Source: Andalucia godoyi And28
Taxonomy: Eukaryota; Protista; Jakobida
NCBI GenBank assembly: GCA_009859145.1
Contig: VRVR01000049.1
Location: 62,001-126,000 of the forward strand
Direction of reading: 5' to 3'
Length of the DNA stretch: 64,000 bases
Shown here: in pieces, positions 1 to 10,185 of the stretch
Numbering within the stretch: the stretch's first letter is position 1
Layout of the letters: every line of letters starts with the position of its first letter
Position numbers and translations under genes: made by a program
The notes under the pieces: model-generated
Database searches by the model: none
The model's input: the letters and a program-made list of their open reading frames with translations, nothing else
Told to the model about the DNA's origin: nothing

Positions 1-1425
1 TACAAGGAGATCAACCCTGCCGTCTTTGCAATCATTACGTTCCCGTTCTTGTTTGCAGTCATGTTTGGTGATTGGGGTCATGGTATCTTGCTCACGTTGT
101 TTGGGCTTTGGTTGCTGTTTTCTGCAAAGAAGTTTAAGCGGCTGCAGGCAAAGCGCCAGCTCAACGAGATTCTCGGCATGATGTTTGGCGGCCGGTGGGT
201 GATTGTTTTTATGGGTCTTTTCTCCATCTATGTCGGTATCCTCTACAACGATTGGTTTGCGCTGTCCTTCGACTGGTTTGGAACAACGTATACGTTCCAC
301 GAGACGATGAAGGACGGGAAGAAGGTCGACATTGGAACACACACTGTGGAGCGTACCTATCCTATTGGAATCGATCCTGCCTGGTACGGAACCACGAACA
401 AGCTGACCTTCTACAACTCGCTCAAGATGAAGCTGTCCGTTCTTCTGGGAGTGATTCACATGCTTGTCGGTGTTTGCATGGGTTTGCTGAATATGATCTA
501 CCGTTCAGACTGGTTTGATGTGGTCGTGGAGTTCATTCCAATGTTCGTTTTCCTTGCCGGCACGTTTGGGTATATGTGCATCCTCATCATCATCAAGTGG
601 AATATTGACTGGTCCATTGCTGGCCGTGAAGCACCATCGTTGCTGCAGACAATGACGGACTTCTTCCTCTCTCCTGGTACTGTGCAGGCAGAGACCTTTT
701 CTGGCCAGGCTGCCGTGCAAGCTGTTCTTTTGCTGGTTGCGTTCCTGGTTGTCCCGGTTTTGCTTCTGGGAAAGCCGCTGCACGAGCGTGCTCACCACAA
801 GAAGCTCCATGGTGGCTCCTCGAGCCACGCAAACCAAGCCTCGGGTTTCTCCACGGGATCCGAGACTGCATCTGACGAATCGCAGATCGCACTGCACAGA
901 CATGGCCAGCACCATCATGATGGTCAGTCCTCTGCATCGGGACACAACGGAACTGCTGTTGCTGCAGGCGGTGGTGCTGCCGCACTGGCTGTTCACGAAG
1001 AGGAGTTCCAGTTTGGCGATGTGATGGTCAAACAGATCATTCATACCATTGAGTACGTTCTTGGCTGCATTTCCAACACTGCATCGTACCTGCGTCTATG
1101 GGCCCTGTCTCTTGCGCACGCGCAGCTCTCAGAAGTATTCTGGGAAATGATCTTTCTCCTCGCAATCAAGGCAGACGTGTACGGAATCTTTGTTTACGTT
1201 GGCTTTGCCGTGTGGGCTGCAGCAACTGTCGGTGTGCTGCTGTGCATGGAGGCTCTCTCGGCATTCCTGCATGCTCTTCGTCTCCACTGGGTCGAGTTCA
1301 TGAACAAATTCTACGCTGGTGATGGCATCAAGTTTGCTCCGTTTGACTTCAAGCACGTTCTCGCTGCTGCTGCCGAGGCCGCGGCGCAGGAACACACTGG
1401 TGTTCAGACTGCCGAACTCGATTAA
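1..1425 (+). CDS. ATP6V0A: V-type H+-ATPase V0 subunit a (5'-partial)
   Basis: Frame open from base 1: YKEINPAVFAIITFPFLFAVMFGD...SNTASYLRLWALSLAHAQLS (essential Arg)...LHALRLHWVEFMNKFYAGDG; stop TAA at 1423-1425. Confidence 0.97.
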   Translation, partial: YKEINPAVFAIITFPFLFAVMFGDWGHGILLTLFGLWLLFSAKKFKRLQAKRQLNEILGMMFGGRWVIVFMGLFSIYVGILYNDWFALSFDWFGTTYTFHETMKDGKKVDIGTHTVERTYPIGIDPAWYGTTNKLTFYNSLKMKLSVLLGVIHMLVGVCMGLLNMIYRSDWFDVVVEFIPMFVFLAGTFGYMCILIIIKWNIDWSIAGREAPSLLQTMTDFFLSPGTVQAETFSGQAAVQAVLLLVAFLVVPVLLLGKPLHERAHHKKLHGGSSSHANQASGFSTGSETASDESQIALHRHGQHHHDGQSSASGHNGTAVAAGGGAAALAVHEEEFQFGDVMVKQIIHTIEYVLGCISNTASYLRLWALSLAHAQLSEVFWEMIFLLAIKADVYGIFVYVGFAVWAAATVGVLLCMEALSAFLHALRLHWVEFMNKFYAGDGIKFAPFDFKHVLAAAAEAAAQEHTGVQTAELD

Positions 1426-1614
1426 CGGTGGTGGAATTGGCCAATAACGTTTCTTCTCTATTATTTTTTCTTTTCTATACGTTTACGTTGTTGTTTTGTT
1501 TTTCTCTTTTCTTTTTTCCTTCCCTTTTCTGAAATAAAAACACTTGCGACTCTATTCCACCTGCCGTAGAAAAATAGTAGAGTACCTCTCACTTGATACT
1601 GGATACTTGAGGCT

Positions 1615-1659
1615 TGTCAGCGTGTCAGCGTGTCAGCGTGTCAGCGTGTCAGCGTGTCA
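1615..1659. repeat. Tandem repeat (TGTCAGCG)x5 + TGTCA
   Basis: Perfect 8-bp units read directly from the sequence. Confidence 0.95.
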
Positions 1660-1667
1660 TTCACACT

Positions 1668-1813
1668 GTATGTATTTAATTTTTTTACTATATCTATTTA
1701 AATAGAAAATTCCTTTTTATAAATTTAAATTTGCATTTTTTTTATGATTCGTGAATTGCATCTATTGGGAGGACCTTCGTGTTGTTCTCCTTGCTGAAGT
1801 CTAGAACACCGCA
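1668..1813 (+). other. Putative 5'-UTR spliceosomal intron of the histidine-phosphatase gene
   Basis: GTATGT at 1668, very AT-rich body, candidate YAG acceptors at about 1804 and 1813 just before ATG 1827; the acceptor is ambiguous. Confidence 0.35.
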
Positions 1814-1826
1814 GAGAGTTGAAATC

Positions 1827-3578
1827 ATGATGTTTTTGGAATCAGAAAAGGTGAAGACTGTGTACTTTTTTAGACACGCAGAAGCAACACACAATGCGGC
1901 GTCCAAGGCTTCGGCAGCGGATCACGGGACGGCAAGCCGACTGTCTGCGTTCCTTGATCCTGCACATATTGATGCGCGATTGACAGAAACGGGAATTGCT
2001 CAAGCCACGAATGCACGTTCGGTGTTCTGGCAAAAATTCGGCATTGCTCCGCACGCGGACTCGGACATTCAGCTGGTTTGCACGTCGACACTGGCGAGAA
2101 CTGTGCAGACTGCTTCGCTGCTTTTCCCGCCTCACGAATATCCAAACTATGTGTGCTTGGAAATGCTGCGAGAGCAAGCTGGAAAACACTTGTGTGACAG
2201 AAGACGACCAATCCGGCAAATCCGAACGGAATTCGCCTTTGCTCGATTTCCGGATTTTCCCGATGATCTCGAATTTGATGATGAGGATGACATGGGGAAT
2301 CAGGCTGAACGAGAGTCGCGAACGCAGGTGGAAAAACGATGTCGGCAGCTTGTCGAATTTCTCTCCAAACGACCAGAGTCTGTGATTGCAGTGGTCTCTC
2401 ATGCCGCGTATCTGCGACACTTTTTTGGATTGCTTGGGTTGCCATCCACTCGGATTCAAATGGCAAATTGTGAGTGCAGGAAATTTGTGTTTTTGGATCC
2501 CGCAGATGCGCATTGTATGGCGTCTGAATTGGATGTTCCACATGTAGCACGAAACATCCTGACTGAGTCGTCGGTCACTGCCTCGCATGTGTTTGGAATC
2601 AGCTATCTTGTTGTCTCGGAAGCTGATTTTCAAGAGCGAAAGAAAGAGGATGCAGTGTGGGCTCAGCTTGTGGACGCCAATTCCCCCATCTTTGCAGTTG
2701 CTGCTATGGACGCAGAAGGACGTTTAATTGGTGAGCAGTTCCTTGCTGCGTTCCGAGAAAATGGAAAGGCTGAGGATGCACTGCAGTGCGTGCGGCGGTT
2801 TCGCAGGCTTTCAGAAGGAGGAGATGTGTATGAAATTCAGGAAAAGCAACGTGTGCACAGGCGTGCCGTGCTCCTCATTGCAACATGCTCCGTGCAAGAC
2901 ATGGAACCGGTTGTCGAAGAAGCAAAAGGAGTTCAGCAGTCCATCCTGCAGGCTGGCGCCGATTCGTGCGAAGTCTTGGTGGTCATCCACGGCTCTTCAT
3001 CTTCTAATCGGCGTGCCAGTGCTAGCGCCGACTCGGAAAGCCTCGGTCTCGATGCGGATGAAGAAGAGTCCGTAGGGTACCGTACCGGTAAAGGATCACT
3101 GCATGCGTATTCATTGCGTTTATCGTTTCCGTCTGTGGACTTCCGAGTCGCTGCAGAAAGGAACTTTCACCAGCACGGTCTGACCTGGAAGCGCAATTCA
3201 CCGAGCACAGGCTCTGTGCCGGCCAAAGAATGGCACATTGTGGAAGCCAAGATGAAGGACTCCTTGCTGTCCGGTACTGGAACTTGCTGCATTTCAAAAC
3301 TCGAGGTAGAATGCTTCGCAATCCGGAACTTGCCTGTGGCCAACATGAGCGTCGTGGATAATTGGAAAGCAGATGACGCTGCCGATGCTTGTGGCTCTTC
3401 CGACAAGGCTGCTGATGTTCATTGGAGATTTGAGCCGCAATCAAACATGGGCCCGGTTTTCTTGCTGTGGAGGTCACGTTCCGAGATCCAGACCTACTCC
3501 CGATTGGGGCTGCTCCCTCAGTTTGAAGCGATCGTCCGTTTCTACGCGCAGTACTCCCCTGCTTTGCAGCAATTCTAA
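1827..3578 (+). CDS. Histidine phosphatase (phosphoglycerate mutase-like) with unrecognised C-terminal region
   Basis: RHAEATHN catalytic motif, DARLTETGIAQA, STLARTVQTA, LREQ, VVSH; first ATG at 1827. Confidence 0.88.
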   Translation: MMFLESEKVKTVYFFRHAEATHNAASKASAADHGTASRLSAFLDPAHIDARLTETGIAQATNARSVFWQKFGIAPHADSDIQLVCTSTLARTVQTASLLFPPHEYPNYVCLEMLREQAGKHLCDRRRPIRQIRTEFAFARFPDFPDDLEFDDEDDMGNQAERESRTQVEKRCRQLVEFLSKRPESVIAVVSHAAYLRHFFGLLGLPSTRIQMANCECRKFVFLDPADAHCMASELDVPHVARNILTESSVTASHVFGISYLVVSEADFQERKKEDAVWAQLVDANSPIFAVAAMDAEGRLIGEQFLAAFRENGKAEDALQCVRRFRRLSEGGDVYEIQEKQRVHRRAVLLIATCSVQDMEPVVEEAKGVQQSILQAGADSCEVLVVIHGSSSSNRRASASADSESLGLDADEEESVGYRTGKGSLHAYSLRLSFPSVDFRVAAERNFHQHGLTWKRNSPSTGSVPAKEWHIVEAKMKDSLLSGTGTCCISKLEVECFAIRNLPVANMSVVDNWKADDAADACGSSDKAADVHWRFEPQSNMGPVFLLWRSRSEIQTYSRLGLLPQFEAIVRFYAQYSPALQQF

Positions 3579-3688
3579 AGGATGGCTCTTCTTCTTCTTC
3601 TTCTTCTTCTTTTCCTTTACGTTAGTGGCATGTTCCTCCGAGACGGCAGACATTGTGATGGTGGTCATGTTAAAGATTGCGTTGATGT

Positions 3689-6600
3689 CTACATGTCAGC
3701 AAGCAGAAACGCCTCAGCATTGCGCAACCGTTCGAGTGCATCGTAGAGCGAATCAACATGACGCTCAATTTCTGTTTTTGACCGCTCTTTTTCGCGGGGC
3801 GGCGTTGGGTTGTTGCGCTCCGGCGAAGGTCCGTTCTGCGGAGATGGAGCGTGTGAGGTGGACGAGGTGTGTGATTCTTCTGATAGCATAGACATGTTTG
3901 ATACGCATGATTTCCTGCGGTCTGACGGACTTAAAGAGTGGGCCGCAGACCGAATGCTGGCAGGGCTCATCGAATCAGCACTCATTTTTCTCATGCTCTT
4001 GTGCGTGGACGGCGCACTAGCAATGGAGATTGTAACCTTGGAGCCAGATGGAGCTCGCTGTTCCGTCGGCGACACAGCGTCGGGCCCAAACTTTTTGTGA
4101 AGTGTTCGAAAAACGCGATTCGTGAATTCGAGAGACGAGATGGCGCTCACGAAGGACTTGTAACGGGCTTCGTTGTCTTGGCCTGCGGCTGAAAACCCAA
4201 GCTTTCTCAAAGCCGCCGCAGAAACTCGGCCTTCTCGAACCATAGTTTCCTCTTCTTCGGCGCGCCGAACAAGCGATAGGTCCAGCATGTCTCTCTTCCA
4301 CCGACGCAAAAAGTGCCGTGTCCGGTCCAGCGGAAGTGGGTTCGGCTTCTGCCACTTCACAAGGGATGCACTGACGGAGGCCTCCAAGAGTCTCATTCTC
4401 TCTTCAAGATCCATGAAACTCGGTTCGTTTGTGCTTTCCGAGTCTTTCCGGAAGCTTTTTCCCACCATTCGAGAGTTTTGCGCATTGGCCCCCCTTGGAG
4501 TGATGGTGGGCGGATCCGATGCGTAGGTCACACGTTCACCGCTCTTCTTCAGAACCCTTGTGGAGCCGAATGTCGCAGTCCGAGAATGCTCGGGCAGCTG
4601 AAGACCACCGCCCGCAGACGACGGTGAGACTGCTGATGCAAATATGGGAGGCAGGACACCAACCTTCTCTGTCTCTTGAGCGGCGGCAGCCGCAGAGAAT
4701 CTGGATTGTTGGGGCGACCGCTCCACCGAGTTCAAGACACTCAAGGCATTCGTCGGGCTCTTCGGATTCACAATAGGGGAAGAAGGAAGATTGATGGACA
4801 AGGCGCCATCATGCTTGCTTGGGAACGAGGGAACTGCAACACTGGCGACCCAATTAGATGTCCCTTCTTTCTCCAGAAAAGGAGGACATGCAGCCTCCGC
4901 ATCCGACGGGACTTGCATATTGGCGGAGCTAGACTTTCGACGCACCATGGACAGTCCCCTTCGCTGCGACGAGAAATCCGTAAAGTCGTCCGTAAATCCT
5001 ACGTCTTGATCAAAGCCGCTCAAATCTTCTGTTTCCTCAATGACGTCAACTTCGTTTGGCGCCGCATTGGAAGAAGGAATATTGAATGTGTTCCATGGCT
5101 TGATCCCACCCGAGGTAGCCATCTTCCAAGGGGTAAGGACCGCAGTCGCCGACGGGGATACGCCCAATCGTGAAGGTGACGTGCCGTCCACTCCTCCAAA
5201 CGATACCGCTGGGCGCGGGGTGGGATCTGTGTCGCCAGAAATCTCCGAACCATCTTCTGAGTAAGCGTCCGTTGCGTCCACTCCAAGACTCCAGTAGCGG
5301 TGATGGGGCCCCGTTCCGGACCCTTGTCCCGGAGACAAGCCCGAGTCCTTGGTAACTGAATTTCGGGAGCCGAGTTGGAACTGAAGGGTCGTTCCGCCAG
5401 ACAGGATGAACGATGATCCGGCATTGATGTTTCTGACCTTCTCGAGCTCCGCCGCAAGTGAGTACCGGAAGTACATCGCAGTCGGAAACAGGCATGGGTT
5501 GAAGGAAGAAAGGCGAACATCGCTGAACAACTGCAGAGCAGAATGGTACAATGAATCGAGGTCCGAGACCATCTTCTTCCGGTATTCGATGCCTTGGCCA
5601 GCAGCCCATCGGTACTCAATGGACGGATTCGTTTGGAACCAACGAACGAGGGCTTCAACCACCAACAAAGACGATGTTCTGAGCCCCAGCAACACCTCCT
5701 CCACGCTCTGCTGGAAAAAGGAGTGGTCCCACAAGTGCTCTCCTTCTTGTGCAATCCTGATCTCCAAAGTCTTCGCAAGAGAGCCTGCTGCGTCCAAGTA
5801 TCCTTCGCGTTCTGCAATGCGCCTTTCAAGCACAAAAATCAAGTTACGAGCATGCAAGACGCGAGATATTTCGTTGCAGATCGCCTGATAAGCCTCGTCA
5901 TTCAGCCGCGAAAACCAGCGTCGCCGAAAGATGATTCGCTGCGTAAGATCTTCGTTCACGTCTCGCCAAAGGGACTCGAGAAGCGTGCACACGGTATTGA
6001 ACAGCGTTTGCGTGTCTCTCGGAAAAGAACTGGTCGCGATCTCTGGATCCGCGGATTCTTCGTCCTGAATCCTGTGTTTCTGTTCATGAAGGATCACGGG
6101 CACCTTTTGAGGTCGCTTGGGGATTTGGCCGTACAAGACATGGCTTGACGATAAGCCCGTGGAAACGTAATTCTCCTCCACGTGAAATCCAAGCGAGGTG
6201 TACGATCGGAAGGCTCGCGCTGTCGAAGCTGGCATGAGCGATGCGATAATGTTTGCTGCAGTATTCTCCTGGAAAGCATCGTCTCGGTCAATGTCTGCAA
6301 ACGGCGCTGGAGCAGAGGTGGAAGCAGAGGCAGTCGAAAATGAAGATGCTCCGTCCTTGGTTGAATTCTTGCGGCCACCTGCACTGCTGTTTGAGGGTGA
6401 TGTAGCAGTTGCCGACGTCTTGCGAGTGGCCGCCGACGCAGAGCCAGCCGCCGTTTGGGAAAAACTAAGAAACGAACTTTCTCGCTGCAGCAGATTCGCT
6501 TTAGACGCAGCTGTCACCAACTGGGATGCTGAAGTCTTGCGAACAATCTCCTCGGATGACAGTGTCTGGCTCTCCGACTGGCCAGAAGCCGAAACAGATG

Positions 6601-7276
6601 CCAGTCTTTCCTCCAGTTCTTTTCCGCTCTGAATCGCAAGAGTCATGAGTGAAGCTTGCGACACTGCAGACAGCAGTCTGCTTTGGCGCCCATTGAAGTC
6701 GATATTCCGATTCATCTGCGCTCGCTGCTGAATCAGCTTTTCCCTCTCCTTCTCTTCCTTTCGCAGCTGATACTCCTCCAGATCTTTGTCCGTACACCGG
6801 AACCGAGCATCAGTCCAATCCTCCTGCTCGCGCTCGCGTTGCTCCCGCACTTCCCGAATGGAACTGAGATACTGCAACTTTTCCTTTCGGATCTGCCCCT
6901 CTGCGGGCCGATTTAGCGCAGCCCGAATATCGGATAAATCACGAGACTTTGCAATCTTCTTTTTCAGCAGTTTTCGATCCTCTGCTTCTTCCAATCCATA
7001 GCCTCGATTTGACTGCGACAGCAATGCCAAAACAGCAAGATTTGGTTGGACATCACTGCTGCTGCCCCGAGTGTGCTGCGGAGAAGGGCTGCGCAACTGG
7101 TTTGGCGATCGACATGAAGCAGGCATTGGAAGATTGCTCGGGCTGCTCGTCTTTGCAGTCTTGTCCACACTCGGTGTCACAGATCGTGGAGTTCCCGATG
7201 ACACAGACATGTCTGACCTTCTCGGAGTCCTGCTCACAGACAGCGTGGCCCCCGAATCACTCCCTACTCGACTCAT
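3689..7276 (-). CDS. Hypothetical 1195-aa Ser-rich protein with a globular/helical central segment
   Basis: Long uninterrupted ORF with ATG start; central helical stretch (LESLWRD...VVEALVRW...KKMVSDL...FNPCLFP) flanked by low-complexity regions. Confidence 0.8.
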   Translation of the reverse strand: MSRVGSDSGATLSVSRTPRRSDMSVSSGTPRSVTPSVDKTAKTSSPSNLPMPASCRSPNQLRSPSPQHTRGSSSDVQPNLAVLALLSQSNRGYGLEEAEDRKLLKKKIAKSRDLSDIRAALNRPAEGQIRKEKLQYLSSIREVREQREREQEDWTDARFRCTDKDLEEYQLRKEEKEREKLIQQRAQMNRNIDFNGRQSRLLSAVSQASLMTLAIQSGKELEERLASVSASGQSESQTLSSEEIVRKTSASQLVTAASKANLLQRESSFLSFSQTAAGSASAATRKTSATATSPSNSSAGGRKNSTKDGASSFSTASASTSAPAPFADIDRDDAFQENTAANIIASLMPASTARAFRSYTSLGFHVEENYVSTGLSSSHVLYGQIPKRPQKVPVILHEQKHRIQDEESADPEIATSSFPRDTQTLFNTVCTLLESLWRDVNEDLTQRIIFRRRWFSRLNDEAYQAICNEISRVLHARNLIFVLERRIAEREGYLDAAGSLAKTLEIRIAQEGEHLWDHSFFQQSVEEVLLGLRTSSLLVVEALVRWFQTNPSIEYRWAAGQGIEYRKKMVSDLDSLYHSALQLFSDVRLSSFNPCLFPTAMYFRYSLAAELEKVRNINAGSSFILSGGTTLQFQLGSRNSVTKDSGLSPGQGSGTGPHHRYWSLGVDATDAYSEDGSEISGDTDPTPRPAVSFGGVDGTSPSRLGVSPSATAVLTPWKMATSGGIKPWNTFNIPSSNAAPNEVDVIEETEDLSGFDQDVGFTDDFTDFSSQRRGLSMVRRKSSSANMQVPSDAEAACPPFLEKEGTSNWVASVAVPSFPSKHDGALSINLPSSPIVNPKSPTNALSVLNSVERSPQQSRFSAAAAAQETEKVGVLPPIFASAVSPSSAGGGLQLPEHSRTATFGSTRVLKKSGERVTYASDPPTITPRGANAQNSRMVGKSFRKDSESTNEPSFMDLEERMRLLEASVSASLVKWQKPNPLPLDRTRHFLRRWKRDMLDLSLVRRAEEEETMVREGRVSAAALRKLGFSAAGQDNEARYKSFVSAISSLEFTNRVFRTLHKKFGPDAVSPTEQRAPSGSKVTISIASAPSTHKSMRKMSADSMSPASIRSAAHSLSPSDRRKSCVSNMSMLSEESHTSSTSHAPSPQNGPSPERNNPTPPREKERSKTEIERHVDSLYDALERLRNAEAFLLADM

Positions 7277-8190
7277 TTATGCAGTCCTTTCCTGCACGCA
7301 CTGGTATGGGTCACAGCAGCAGCAGCAATCCTAATTATAATAATATTAATATTAATAATAATAATAATAATAAAAGACAAAAGTACGTTGCTATCTTCTC
7401 TGCACAAAAACGCGAACGACTGCAAGCGGCTGAATAACAGGAACTGACAACAAAACGGGAGGACTTGAACGGGAGCAATGTCCGATTCGGCTCGGTTTTA
7501 CAAGGCGGATATGTACGGACTGTCACGTCGTCGTTGTCGTTGTCGTTGTAGCTGAAATGAAGAAAATACGAATGCGCTTCGATGTGCTTTTGATTTTCCA
7601 ACGATTTCGACATTGTCGCAAACGCCAGATGCCGATCCAAACCTCTCTCAGGCTCGGAGATGATGATGGATTGTGGAACAGTTTGTCAGCCGTATGCGAC
7701 CAGACGCTAATCGACCCGTGCTCAGACGTCCATGCAAAACCCTGTCAGACCCGCCTGCTGTAGTCCCACAGGCTCCTGTAGTCCAAGACACGACTGTGCC
7801 TGCTTTTCCTGCAAATTCGCGCGTATTCCGTCTATTTTCCTTTTCGTTTTTTTTCTTCTCGTATTCTTCTTCTTTACTTTATTTATTATTTTTGTTTTGT
7901 TTTTCTTTCCTCTTCTCTTTCTTTGGGGGCGGATTCAGTTTGCAGTCGTTTTATCACATGTGGCGACTGCGTATGGAGTTTGTCCCAGACAGGCAAAGAA
8001 TCTAATACCGCGAGGTCTTCCGATATAGACACGTGGATCTTCAGCTTTGCAAGAACTCCCTCTTTTTAAACAACAACAAACAATCATTCATGATTGATGA
8101 ATTTAATTAATTAATAAGCATTACATTATCAAACACGGGCGGACGTACAGAGATGTGCTGGAGGTCTTCTTTGAGCCGCTATCATTGTTA

Positions 8191-8841
8191 TTATTGTTGC
8201 TGCTGCTGTTGCTGTTGTTGTTCTTTGGCCGCGGCTTCCTTTTCACGTTCGCGGACGAGTCTTTCTTTTTCCTGGTTGACTTTAAGCATGTTTCTAAAGT
8301 CTTCGAGCGAGACTTTGCCATCGCCGTCGACATCAGCAGTGCGGATAAGGACGGCCATATCCTCGCTTGTGATTTCGCCGTAACCAAGACGCTCCAGCAC
8401 GGACCGAAGAGCGTTTTCATCGAGATATCCCGAGTCCGAGGGGTCGTACACCCGGAACGCATCCTTGATTGGATCAAACGTACCCAGATCGTTGTTCTCC
8501 AACAGCGCATAAAGCTTGTCGACTGTGAAGTCCGGCTCTGGAATTAGAAACTTGTAGTCCTTATTCGTCAGGTTTGGATAAAACGCAGACAGCTTCAGCT
8601 TCAGGTCTTTGGCCTTCAACACTCCCTTTCCACTCGCATCCAGAAAGTCAAACGCAGCCTTTACCTCGTCGAAATCAATCGAAACAGCATGGCTCGCAGA
8701 AGACGAACCACCCACCCCGCCTCCTCCTGCTGTCGATATCGAGTTGCGTCCTCCAACAGCAACGCCCGCACTACCGCTGCTAAGTGACTCTTTTCGACGC
8801 GGCGGAGACGGAGAAGATCCGCGGTTCCCACTGTTGCTCAT
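8191..8841 (-). CDS. Calmodulin/centrin-like EF-hand protein
   Basis: EF loops DASGKGVLKAKDL, DPSDSGYLDENAL, DVDGDGKVSLEDF; poly-Q tail. Confidence 0.88.
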   Translation of the reverse strand: MSNSGNRGSSPSPPRRKESLSSGSAGVAVGGRNSISTAGGGGVGGSSSASHAVSIDFDEVKAAFDFLDASGKGVLKAKDLKLKLSAFYPNLTNKDYKFLIPEPDFTVDKLYALLENNDLGTFDPIKDAFRVYDPSDSGYLDENALRSVLERLGYGEITSEDMAVLIRTADVDGDGKVSLEDFRNMLKVNQEKERLVREREKEAAAKEQQQQQQQQQ

Positions 8842-9337
8842 TTCCTTCTTCTCACTTTCTTTTTGACCGAACCTCTTTCCTTCTTTCTTCTCAAAAACCA
8901 GAATAAAAATACTTAATTAATTCATATCAAAAAATATTATTTAAATACTTTCATATAAAATCAAAGAGAAGAATCAGTCAGTCGTGAGACTAAGGAGGTT
9001 TTTTGGGGTTTTCATTTTTTCGACCGTTGCCACTTATTGCGATATGATGAAGCAATCTAAAGCGCACGTAAACAGAACTACTGCCACGCGCGGTGCGTTT
9101 GCTATCTTGGCAACTCCGTCACACGACGCCCGATTCGTTTCGCCTCCCATTTTGATCATGAAACCCCCCTATACACACGCCGCCGCGTTGCATTATGCAT
9201 GTTGCTGGACTGCAACATTGATTATGGGTGATCAGCGATGATTATCCGTGGATTACTGTACAAAGTTGGCGTTTGCATGAGACAATGACCCCGCGCACTT
9301 GAGTTTCAATTCTCTCTGCAGTATTCTCGGCTCCCTG

Positions 9338-9987
9338 AAACATGAATCATTGTTGGTCATTCGCTAAAGCTGTCACCAAAGACAGATCCAAGCCACATGT
9401 TTTTTTTTGTTTTTATATTTGAGGCGAGCACCAACTCTTCAATGCAGATTGCTCTGCATCAAAGGGTCATCGCAGCCAAAACCTATTCCCCAGTCGATTC
9501 AACATTTATAAAATAAACGTTGGAGGACACAGAATGTAGTCGGCGAACGCGGCCGCGCCTGACGACGCTTTTTGCCTTTGCTCCTTCTTGTCCTCTGAGT
9601 TGAAAGAAAGCGCATTCCGAACGCAATCGATCACACTTCTTCGTGATGTGATGATCATCCGCTTGCTTAGCAAGTTGCGACGAGAGGGGAATCAACGGGT
9701 TCCTTGGTTCTCGGCATCTTCGGGCATGGCCGGTTTGAGTTTGCTGGGAAGATCCCTCTTTGGAGCCATGAGATGCTTTGTCTTTGTCCCTGATGAAAGG
9801 TGCTGTTCGAGGGTTCGATTATGAAACACAAAACAAGCAGACAATAATAGAAAGAATTAAAGATGAAGACTGAAGAAATTCTAGACTTGACTACGGTAGG
9901 AAAATCGCGTCCCCCATCGGGTTTGACAAACAAACTTCCGTTATGAGGTTGTTAGTTTGATGTTCTATGTTGATGCACAAAAGGTCA
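9338..9987 (+). repeat. Dispersed degenerate intergenic element, copy A
   Basis: Shares blocks CATGAATCATT, GACAGATCCAAGCCAC, GAGCACCA.CTCTTCAATGCAGATTGCT and GAAATTCT.GACT.GACTACGGTA with the copies at 45.7 and 60.5 kb. Confidence 0.9.
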
Positions 9988-10185
9988 TACGTTCATTTTT
10001 CGCAGTGTCCGTTTTGTTTATTGGTTTGCCATTTTTCAGTGATTTGAGAGATAATTTGAAGATACGTCGTCCTGGGACCGTGGTAGACGAGAGATTGTTG
10101 TTGTTGTTGCTGCTGTTGTTTCAAAACGAAAAAAAGAAAATATCAACAAAAAGAAAAAGACAAAAACAGAGAGGAGGGAAGAAGA

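Noticed and set aside
7755-7785. CTGTAGTCCCA resembling the 7SL/Alu 5' motif
   Set aside because: No flanking Alu-domain helices or SRP helix-8 motif could be identified
9806-9822. GGTTCGA (tRNA T-loop/B-box-like) in element copies A and C
   Set aside because: No closing CC, no A-box and no cloverleaf; insufficient for a tRNA or SINE call
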